A stretch of 32,000 nt of DNA, from assembly GCF_000018105.1 (NCBI RefSeq), contig NC_009925.1, positions 6,300,001-6,332,000 of the forward strand, in the 5' to 3' direction. Origin of the DNA: Acaryochloris marina MBIC11017 (GTDB lineage: Bacteria > Cyanobacteriota > Cyanobacteriia > Thermosynechococcales > Thermosynechococcaceae). A program made the translations under genes and the position numbers. The notes under the pieces are model-generated. The model was not told where the DNA came from, ran no database searches, and saw nothing but the letters and a program-made list of their open reading frames with translations. Shown one piece after another: positions 17,972-25,810 of the stretch (within the stretch, counting starts at the first letter, position 1; the number at the start of each line of letters is the position of its first letter).

Positions 17972-19429
17972 GTGCCTCGACCGTCTGAAGTCAAGTCATC
18001 AGTGCAGCCTCCGCTTCAGGCAAGGTCGAATGAAGAGGATTTAGCTGAACATGCTGAGCGATTGAAAAAGTTTCAGCGGCTGGGTAGTTCGATGATACAA
18101 ATGGGTCCACCCAGACTTGATAATAATAAGACCAATTCAATACAACCCAAACCTTGGATTCAGAGGAAGCTAACACTTGGAGAACAGGGAGATAAATATG
18201 AACTGGAAGCAGATCGGGTTGCATCTCATGCGGTTCAACAGATCAATGCCCCTGCTTCTAAACCATCAAATCTAGAGCAGTCAGTGCATCATCTAGAGTC
18301 TGCTATTAGTAGTGCAAGAGGTAGTGGACAGCCATTGGATGCGAAATTGCAACAGTCAATGGGTCAAGCGATGGGTGCAGATTTTAGCGGAGTGAGGGTC
18401 CATACCGATGCTCAGTCTGATCACTTAAATCAATCGATTCAGGCCAGGGCATTTACAACGGGTCAAGATGTTTTCTTTCGAGAAGGGGCTTATCAGCCGG
18501 GGAATCGTGGAGGGCAAGAGTTGATTGCCCATGAGCTAACTCATGTAGTGCAACAGGATGAAAATTCTCTGTCATCTATATCTGAATCATCACATTCTAA
18601 ACAGGTCAAACCCAGCAAAACTAACAGAGAGCAACAAATAAGTCTCAGCGTAAATCATGTTTCGCCCAAACATATCAACATTCAACGTGTAGTTACAAGT
18701 ATTGAATGGAGTGATGCAAAGGAAGTTCAAACTCTTGAAGTTGAGGGGCGACCTCCAGGAACTCAAGGAGCTCATACAACAGCATTTGTTGTTTTTGTAC
18801 AAGGTTTACGTAATCGCTTATTTAAGAAAAATTTTTCTGATGTTCTCAAAGAGCTTAAGACAATGACTGCTGAGATCAAGAATCTACCAGGCTTTTCTCA
18901 AAGCACAAAATATATGCAAAATTTTGTCAAAGATGCAGTCGATAATCTTATTAATAATATTGACACTGCTATTTTAAATATAGGAACAACATCTGAAATT
19001 AAATATACTCAAATTATTCAGGAATTTTGCAATCAGTATCTTAGAGCTAGGAACCAAGTTCACTTTACTGCTGATAAGGATGTAAAAGGATCTTCACCTT
19101 TAGGGGAAGCAGCTAGTAACAAGGTTTTAGTTGAGTATGTAGCAGGATATATTGAGGATCCAACCGACGCAGATGCTTCAGCTAAAGCAATAGCAAAACA
19201 GAGCTTTAAGTTATTTGATTGGAAGGTTACAAAGAAATTGAAACCTGATATTGTGGCTCAACATCTTATCTCTATCGACCAGGCATTTCCAGGGATAATC
19301 CCACTTAGGAAAAAGATAGTCGCTAAATTTCTTTTACTTGTTAGTAAAAAGTATCGTAGAGAGTCAGATTCATTTGATAGGAAGGTAAAAGACATCTTAA
19401 CTGGTCAACCACTTCCTTGGATCGTTTAA
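17972..19429 (+). CDS. DUF4157 (HExxH, eCIS-associated type) domain protein, paralogue 1, with an orphan ~290-aa C-terminal module
   Basis: Motifs are PWIQRKLTLGEQGDKYELEADRVA and GQPLDAKLQQSMGQAMGADFSGVRVHTDAQSDHLNQSIQARAFTTGQDVFFREGAYQPGNRGGQELIAHELTHVVQQ (HELTH at 18530..18544). The start is a GTG, because the ancestral ATG seen in paralogue 3 is ATA here. Confidence 0.8.
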   Translation: MPRPSEVKSSVQPPLQARSNEEDLAEHAERLKKFQRLGSSMIQMGPPRLDNNKTNSIQPKPWIQRKLTLGEQGDKYELEADRVASHAVQQINAPASKPSNLEQSVHHLESAISSARGSGQPLDAKLQQSMGQAMGADFSGVRVHTDAQSDHLNQSIQARAFTTGQDVFFREGAYQPGNRGGQELIAHELTHVVQQDENSLSSISESSHSKQVKPSKTNREQQISLSVNHVSPKHINIQRVVTSIEWSDAKEVQTLEVEGRPPGTQGAHTTAFVVFVQGLRNRLFKKNFSDVLKELKTMTAEIKNLPGFSQSTKYMQNFVKDAVDNLINNIDTAILNIGTTSEIKYTQIIQEFCNQYLRARNQVHFTADKDVKGSSPLGEAASNKVLVEYVAGYIEDPTDADASAKAIAKQSFKLFDWKVTKKLKPDIVAQHLISIDQAFPGIIPLRKKIVAKFLLLVSKKYRRESDSFDRKVKDILTGQPLPWIV

Positions 19430-19623
19430 AGAAGATGTATACAAAAAACAAGAATTGTGAATGGTTTAGTGAATTGTATATCTCACAGAATATATGGCGC
19501 TTTCTAACATAAGAAGTAACGCATTTAAAGCATAAGGTGGTCAACACCTCGACGATCTTAACGGGTCTTTGGATAAAACCCATTATCATTGCTGTGGACA
19601 CGTTTGTAACTCTTCTTTAATAA

Positions 19624-19866
19624 GTACGGTACCAATTCTGGATCACCATCGAAGGTAGTGGTAAGCCATTCATCAAAATTTCGTTTGAAACGCCCGAGTT
19701 TTGCTTCGAGTGCGCTTTGGAGTTAGAGAATACGTTCGATGTGTTGCAGGTTTTAAGTCTGCGGCCAGGGGAAACTCTCGAGCGGATTGAGGAGATGATC
19801 GGGGTGTGGTTGGATCGGGAGCGGGTGGCGAAGGTTTGGGGGTGGGAAATCCTTAAAGTGCGGTAA
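19624..19866 (+). pseudogene. 3' two-thirds of the conserved ~285-bp unit (compare 31682..31891); no start codon
   Basis: Its translation VRYQFWITIEGSGKPFIKISFETPEFCFECALELENTFDVLQVLSLRPGETLERIEEMIGVWLDRERVAKVWG... aligns to the end of ORF 31247..31891. A TAA lies immediately upstream at 19621. Confidence 0.75.
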
Positions 19867-19955
19867 ATATTTCTATTTGGATTTCTACCGTAAGAAATTT
19901 TTCCGTGAGTTTAGGATTAAAAGTATGTGATTCGGTTTCAGATGGGAGACTGTTG

Positions 19956-21842
19956 ATGAAGCGTACTCATGCTTATAAGCCAGAAAAATCTAAGTCACAA
20001 CCGATACCTCAACCAATATCATCAGATCAAGCTCAATCAGCAACACCAGTTCCTCCCCCCCTTCAAGCCAAAACAAATGAAGAGGGTTTGGCTGAATGGA
20101 AAGCTCAACAAGAGAAGTGGGAAAGGTTTGGAACGCCTTGGAAAGATAAGGTTCCCAATCCATCCGGAGAATTGGTACAACCCTGGATTCAGCGGAAGTT
20201 AACCCTTGGACAACCGGGAGATAAGTATGAACAGGAAGCGGATCGGGTTGCTTCCCAGGTAGTACAGCAAATTAATGCCCCTTCTTTATCTCAATTCAAT
20301 CAAGGGCAATCTGTACAGCAAGAGAAAGAACTGGAAGGTGAGATGCAAGCGAAAAGTCTTCGTGCTGCTATCCAGCGCCGTCAAGCAATGACAAATGAAG
20401 AAGTATCATCAGATTTGGAGTCTACTATTAATAATGCTAAGGGCGGTGGACAGCCATTGGATGTTGGATTGCAACAGTCAATGGGTCAGGTGATGGGTGC
20501 TGATTTTAGTGGTGTGAGGGTGCATACAGATCCCCAGTCCGATCAGTTAAATCAATCAATTCAGGCGCGGGCATTTACAACAGGTCAGGATGTATTTTTT
20601 CGAGATGGAGCCTATCAGCCAGGAAATCGCGGAGGGCAAGAGCTAATTGCCCATGAGTTAACCCATGTGATTCAGCAAAATAATTCAACAATTCAAAGGA
20701 AAGGAGGTCAGGGAAGGTTTGGGAAACAAAAAAATATGAATCGTCTTCCCAGTAATCTTCAGATTGGAATAGAGTCCCTTTCGGGAATTTCAACAGACGA
20801 CATAACAGTCCACCATAACTCTGGTGAACCCGCCAAAGTTCAGGCTTTAGCTTATACGGAAGGTACTGATATCTATCTTGCGCCAGGTCAGGAAAAACAT
20901 CTTTCTCATGAAGCTTGGCATGTTGTACAACAAAAACAGGGGCGGGTTAGACCAACAACACAAGTGGGAGGTGTTGCCGTTAATAATAATCCACAACTAG
21001 AACGAGAAGCAGATGTGATGGGGGAGCAGTCAAAAAGAGTAGGTAATTTTAGTAAATCTAAAGCAATTAAAGTCAGTAATACCATTAATCAACGAGAGAA
21101 ATCATTGCGACGAAAACCATCCTCCTCGCCAATCATTCAGCGCATGGTAGGAATGAACTCTAAAGGAATTAATAACGAGATCAAGAGTTTGACGAGTGAT
21201 CCTAAGAATATCCTGAAACTGACTGAAGCCTATACATTTATGCAGCATATCTCCTGGGCTCATAATATTGTTGGAGGGCAACTTTTTGACATGAGTGACC
21301 CTAAATTCAATAACATTGGCAAGAGTGAAAATTTAATTCTTGTGGCTCATGGTCTGGAGGGGCAATCAGGCCCATATGATGGTGCCACAATTGCTGGATT
21401 TTTAGCAGATAAAAATACAGGCGTTCCGCTAGATTGGGAAGGAAATGTATATATAACTTCCTGCTATTCAGGAGCAGGAGCTTCTCCATTAGTGAAGCAA
21501 GTAGCAGAAAGCTTAACTGTTCTCGGGAGAGATAAAATAACTGTAACAGGCTATGCAGGAACAACCGTTACTCATAAAGAATTTGATGAAGTTATTTTTG
21601 TTGTTGATCCTAAAAAAGAAAAAGAGTTTAAGAAGATTTCAGATTCTGTTTCACTTAAGTATAAGCACTTGTTTACTGAGTGGTATATGAAAATACAGGG
21701 TTTGAAACCTAGTAATGTTCTTGAAATGGCGGATTACACATCAAATCTTACTGCTGCGGCATACAAAGAAATGGTAGAACAGGCTGCTAGTCAAGATATC
21801 TTCTTAGATGAAGATCATGGAGAAGTGTCTAGTACTTCTTGA
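19956..21842 (+). CDS. Tandem DUF4157 domain protein, paralogue 2, with a C-terminal caspase-like (clan CD-like) His/Cys domain
   Basis: The first DUF4157 has HELTH at 20652..20666. The second is ISTDDITVHHNSGEPAKVQALAYTEGTDIYLAPGQEKHLSHEAWHVVQQKQGRV (HEAWH at 20907..20921). The C-terminus has NLILVAHG (His 21348) and NVYITSCYSGAG (Cys 21462). I chose the ATG at 19956 (GGGAGA 8 nt upstream; MKRTHAYK matches MRTHQYAHK of paralogue 3). Confidence 0.85.
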   Translation: MKRTHAYKPEKSKSQPIPQPISSDQAQSATPVPPPLQAKTNEEGLAEWKAQQEKWERFGTPWKDKVPNPSGELVQPWIQRKLTLGQPGDKYEQEADRVASQVVQQINAPSLSQFNQGQSVQQEKELEGEMQAKSLRAAIQRRQAMTNEEVSSDLESTINNAKGGGQPLDVGLQQSMGQVMGADFSGVRVHTDPQSDQLNQSIQARAFTTGQDVFFRDGAYQPGNRGGQELIAHELTHVIQQNNSTIQRKGGQGRFGKQKNMNRLPSNLQIGIESLSGISTDDITVHHNSGEPAKVQALAYTEGTDIYLAPGQEKHLSHEAWHVVQQKQGRVRPTTQVGGVAVNNNPQLEREADVMGEQSKRVGNFSKSKAIKVSNTINQREKSLRRKPSSSPIIQRMVGMNSKGINNEIKSLTSDPKNILKLTEAYTFMQHISWAHNIVGGQLFDMSDPKFNNIGKSENLILVAHGLEGQSGPYDGATIAGFLADKNTGVPLDWEGNVYITSCYSGAGASPLVKQVAESLTVLGRDKITVTGYAGTTVTHKEFDEVIFVVDPKKEKEFKKISDSVSLKYKHLFTEWYMKIQGLKPSNVLEMADYTSNLTAAAYKEMVEQAASQDIFLDEDHGEVSSTS

Positions 21843-21891
21843 AGGCTATGTTTTTTAGTGAATATTTCCTGAACGTTTGTTCATTATCTAA

Positions 21892-21985
21892 AAGAATTTA
21901 GTTCAGCAGACTAAGCAAAAAGACCAGCTTGAGTATCTGACCGTTTCCCGAAGCAATTCAGAGAAATTCTAGATCACTGTGGAGC
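21892..21985 (+). pseudogene. 5' third of the conserved ~285-bp unit (compare 31607..31700), with TGG to TAG at 21970
   Basis: KNLVQQTKQKDQLEYLTVSRSNSEKF*ITVE aligns to KNLVQQTKQNGQLEYLAVSQSSSGHFWITVE of the full copy. Homology fades after about 21985. Confidence 0.7.
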
Positions 21986-22536
21986 ACCAGTGTATAAAAT
22001 AAATCCTTTATTGATGGGAGCAGCTAAAGGCTCGAAACCAATAAATAATGACCTCAATAACCAGTTTCATTTACGAAAAACTCTCACTTTATCACTAGAC
22101 GTCATCGCAACTTAAATCGCATTGCAATCGGCGGTAACTAATTCTTCTCTAAAAATCGGAAGATATGCCTTGGAATAACAGGTTATATCCCGAATAGTCG
22201 CGTTTATATCTTGTCCAATAGACATAAGAGTATGCTTATTTATCTGAATATAGAATCGTAATTCCATGACCGAATCTAATCTGGGTATCGACCGTAAGCA
22301 TAGACATAAGAGTCTCTTAAATTCATTCTATAAATAGAAATTACTTGTTACATACGCTAAGGGTTTTATCGTTTAGACTCAGGATTAAAACAATTTCTCA
22401 AATCAAACTCATATGATATTTAATTGAAAATCTGATTTTGAGATGGCATCCTAGATCTCTCAAAAAAGTCTTCTATCAGATCCATCACAATCATTTTATT
22501 AAGATGCATATTTCTTGAAATTACGGGGGTATCTTT

Positions 22537-23913
22537 ATGAATCAAAATAATGGTCCAAACTGGGACTATATCGTTAGAGATGGATGCAGGATCTACCAGT
22601 CTGGAAGCCATATTGACGGGAACTTCATCCGAGTTTATACACCCGAGGAGATTCCCTCAAAGAAAGAAAAAATAAAAGCAATCATCTATTTGCATGGCTT
22701 TGCATTATGCATGCCCAAATTCTATCAAGACCACATTTTGTCACTGGTTAAACAAGGCTACATTGTCTTTTTCCCCGATTTTCAAAGAAGTGACTATCCA
22801 GATGATGTTGAAACTGAAAAGATTTGCAAAGAAACCTACAACAAAAATGATTTTGGTTTCTGGTTAACCGCCTCAAGCAAAGTCGTGACAACAACCCTGA
22901 AGCCACAAAAGACCTTCGAGCGCAGGATGGTCTATCGGGATGACCAATTATCCAAAAAAGAGCAAGATAGTATCTGCGGTAGTTTTGAGGAACCTAGCTT
23001 ATCAAGATATCGCCAGGTCTCTATTGCCTTGGTTGTTTTATTGGGTTTACTCAATTTAATTGCTTGGTTCCGAAAAAATTACGGTAAAAACCTAATAAGG
23101 TTGATCTCAACGGTTGGGTGGAGTTTAGCTGAAAAACCCCCTGAATGGATTAAACATGCCATGACCTTGACGGAGAATGCATGGAGGCAAATCTGCTCGG
23201 ATAATCCAAAATTGGCTCCAGACAACATTGAGTTTTATGTGTTTGGTCATTCTCTGGGTGGATTACTCGCCTTAAGCTGGCCCTACTATGTCCAAGAAGA
23301 AGGCAAACACTTATTAGCACCCAAACAAATTCTGGTTGCGGATCCGGCCCCAAGCACTGAAATGGGGATTCCCTGGTTTGGAATTTTGATCTTGAAATTA
23401 TTTAGATCTCCCTTTGCAAGAGAACCCATAACGATTAGCAAAACAGGTCCAAAGTTAAACGTCCCTGTTGGCATCATGCATGGAGCTGATGACAAGCTGG
23501 TCAAACCGCAAACTTGGGTCGAAGGGAAACCCTCTAACTTTCATCAGATTGCTAGCACCGATAAGGCCATTTATTTTTCCCTCTCCAACCAGAAGAATGA
23601 TCCACCTCTGATTGCCTTCCACAACCAGGCAGTAACGGATACAACGTATTTTGATGATGATCTATTTGATAATTTTGGTGGCGTTAAAGATGGGCCAAAT
23701 GCTTACAATGGCGAATTTATCTGGCCAGGGTTTGATTTTGTTCTCAGTGGACAGGCAAGTGCAAATCAACTGCTCACGAGATTTCCTTTACACAAGATTC
23801 AGGTCACGGATACCTTACCTGACAACAGCAGTCTATTCAGTCGGCCCCTCATCCGAGTTGCAACTGCCCTAATAGCTTTGGGGGTTGGCTACTGGTTATT
23901 GCGAGGGGTCTAA
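22537..23913 (+). CDS. Membrane-associated alpha/beta hydrolase (chlorophyllase / PAF-acetylhydrolase-like motifs)
   Basis: KAIIYLHGFALCMPKFYQDHILSLVKQGYIVFFPDFQ is an oxyanion-region pattern. The nucleophile elbow is FGHSLGG (Ser codon 23251). There is an internal hydrophobic segment (VSIALVVLLGLLNLIAWF) and a C-terminal one (VATALIALGVGYWLL). Confidence 0.75.
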   Translation: MNQNNGPNWDYIVRDGCRIYQSGSHIDGNFIRVYTPEEIPSKKEKIKAIIYLHGFALCMPKFYQDHILSLVKQGYIVFFPDFQRSDYPDDVETEKICKETYNKNDFGFWLTASSKVVTTTLKPQKTFERRMVYRDDQLSKKEQDSICGSFEEPSLSRYRQVSIALVVLLGLLNLIAWFRKNYGKNLIRLISTVGWSLAEKPPEWIKHAMTLTENAWRQICSDNPKLAPDNIEFYVFGHSLGGLLALSWPYYVQEEGKHLLAPKQILVADPAPSTEMGIPWFGILILKLFRSPFAREPITISKTGPKLNVPVGIMHGADDKLVKPQTWVEGKPSNFHQIASTDKAIYFSLSNQKNDPPLIAFHNQAVTDTTYFDDDLFDNFGGVKDGPNAYNGEFIWPGFDFVLSGQASANQLLTRFPLHKIQVTDTLPDNSSLFSRPLIRVATALIALGVGYWLLRGV

Positions 23914-23995
23914 AATTTGTTCGATTCCTAGGGCCGGACAAATTATCGCCTACAGATTCTCAGCTCAGGCAGACACAAAGGGAGTGGTTAAGATC

Positions 23996-25555
23996 ATGAA
24001 ATTCCTCAACAATATTTTCAATACACTCCTTTGTCGGTTGACCTCCATAGTGCTGATAGGTTTACTGAATTTGTTGGGTGTGCAAATTCAACCTGTTGTC
24101 GCAGGACCTAACAATAGCCCTTGTACATCTTCCAATCCACAATTGGCCCAACCATGGTGTATACCCACTACATTGACCCTAAGTTCTACTGATGCAGATC
24201 AAGAGCAGTACGAATACTATGACTTTATTTGGAGAACCTTCATTGCGCTCAATTGGCCGAATGTTCCCATCACCGTCGAGGGTAATCAGATCGTTGAGGG
24301 GTTTCGAGGAGAGCCCGATCCGACGATCAATATTTTGGACCAGCAAGGTAATGGGCCTCTCAAACAATCGGTTTGGGAAAATTATCGTGAACCCAGCTCT
24401 GAAATATTTCTCCCACCTGAAGATTGGGATAACTATCCAGAATGGAATACACCCAGACCACCAGTGGCTGATAGACCAAATAATCAGCGGTTCTTGAAAA
24501 ATTTTGATGGCTTAGTGGAGTACGCCGCTGATATTAACCAGCCTTATTTTTATCCCAATTTAACCGGGCCATTAATCGATCAAGCGGGCAACTTTGTTCG
24601 CTATGAAGTTGCCACCAATCAAGCCTTTTTTACCTATATTCAGCACTCTCGCTACTATGATACCCAGCAACAAAAGGAAGACGTAGCGCGTTCCATTGAG
24701 AAACCAAAGGATAAACAGTCAGGTTTCAAACGTCCTCCCTATGGAGATGAGGCATACCTCCGAAATCTCAAACCCTTTGCCAAGCAGGGCTTTATTGATG
24801 TGAAAGCAGCTTGGCGAGAGCTGAAGGAAGACGATCCTCTTGAGCGTTACTTACATCGAACCTTGGTCGTCGATCATCAAGGAACCCAAAAGATGATGGG
24901 ACTGGTTGCCTTGCATGTTTTTAGATACACCTTGATTGACCAAAATGGCAAGATCACGCCAGGGTATGTTGGCGCTACCTTTGAACAGGTAGATAATGTG
25001 GAATCGAGTCCGGGTATAAAACCGTCTTTTAATACGGGGTCCAAACCATCTGAGGTTCAAAAAACCTTCGGTTTTTCTGGGGATATCCCCACCACCGCTT
25101 CCAAAGATAACCCTAAACCTCAATCACCAGTGTCAATCTATCGAGTGACACCTATCCCTGGTAGCGACGTCTTTTGCCCACCCCCTAACCAAACGCAAAA
25201 ATGCCCCCCAGCTCTTAGCGTTGCCGCCATTAATGCAAAGTATCAAGAACAGCTCCAGCCTTCTGTTTTTTCCTATTACCAACTGATTGGTACTCAGAAT
25301 AAGCGTCCTGATCGGCCACTCGATTTTTCCAACCCATCAAACCGTCAGTTTAACGGCCATGAAGGCCCAATTACTGGGGTCTATACCAATACAAACAATT
25401 TAATCAATACAGCTCTCGAATCATACACACAACAAAATTTTTCCTGCATCTTGTGTCACTCTCAAGCCCGTCCCCAAGGTGTTCCCAAAAAGTCATTTGA
25501 GGATGATCGCTTCAAAATCATCACCTTTATGTTGAATATGGCTCACGATAAGTAA
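23996..25555 (+). CDS. Secreted protein of unknown function with a single C-terminal CXXCH motif (paralogue A)
   Basis: It has a signal peptide (MKFLNNIFNTLLCRLTSIVLIGLLNLLGVQIQPVVAG) and an AAAGGGAG Shine-Dalgarno sequence 11 nt upstream of the ATG at 23996. CILCH is at 25445..25459. It shares several motifs with 25811..27133. Confidence 0.75.
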   Translation: MKFLNNIFNTLLCRLTSIVLIGLLNLLGVQIQPVVAGPNNSPCTSSNPQLAQPWCIPTTLTLSSTDADQEQYEYYDFIWRTFIALNWPNVPITVEGNQIVEGFRGEPDPTINILDQQGNGPLKQSVWENYREPSSEIFLPPEDWDNYPEWNTPRPPVADRPNNQRFLKNFDGLVEYAADINQPYFYPNLTGPLIDQAGNFVRYEVATNQAFFTYIQHSRYYDTQQQKEDVARSIEKPKDKQSGFKRPPYGDEAYLRNLKPFAKQGFIDVKAAWRELKEDDPLERYLHRTLVVDHQGTQKMMGLVALHVFRYTLIDQNGKITPGYVGATFEQVDNVESSPGIKPSFNTGSKPSEVQKTFGFSGDIPTTASKDNPKPQSPVSIYRVTPIPGSDVFCPPPNQTQKCPPALSVAAINAKYQEQLQPSVFSYYQLIGTQNKRPDRPLDFSNPSNRQFNGHEGPITGVYTNTNNLINTALESYTQQNFSCILCHSQARPQGVPKKSFEDDRFKIITFMLNMAHDK

Positions 25556-25712
25556 ATAAGTAAGGCCAAGACTGGCCTACTGATCACTTTTTCCAATAGC
25601 AAAGGTTGCTGTTGGAAGACTGTCTAGGCTTCAACTTCCAGACTCAATACCTAAGTGAAACCGTATGATGTGTTTACCGAAACCGGCATTAAATTTTCTA
25701 TGGCCTGATTTG

Positions 25713-25744
25713 AGCACCCAGCAATAGGTTTGATACTGGGTGCT
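25713..25744. terminator. Perfect 9-bp stem-loop between the convergent genes (AGCACCCAG - 14 nt - CTGGGTGCT)
   Basis: The stem-loop was read directly. No U-tract follows on either strand, so terminator function is only suggested by its position. Confidence 0.3.
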
Positions 25745-25810
25745 GGGGTCATTGCTAGTTCGTTTTGCAGAAGGCTTCAAGAAAATGAACTGCTCAAGTC
25801 GATCAGGGTA

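Noticed and set aside
19341-19601. 86-aa minus-strand ORF after paralogue 1, considered as an immunity gene
   Set aside because: It overlaps the 3' end of the toxin-like gene on the opposite strand, is AT-rich low-complexity and has no start context. I also found no convincing same-strand small ORF.
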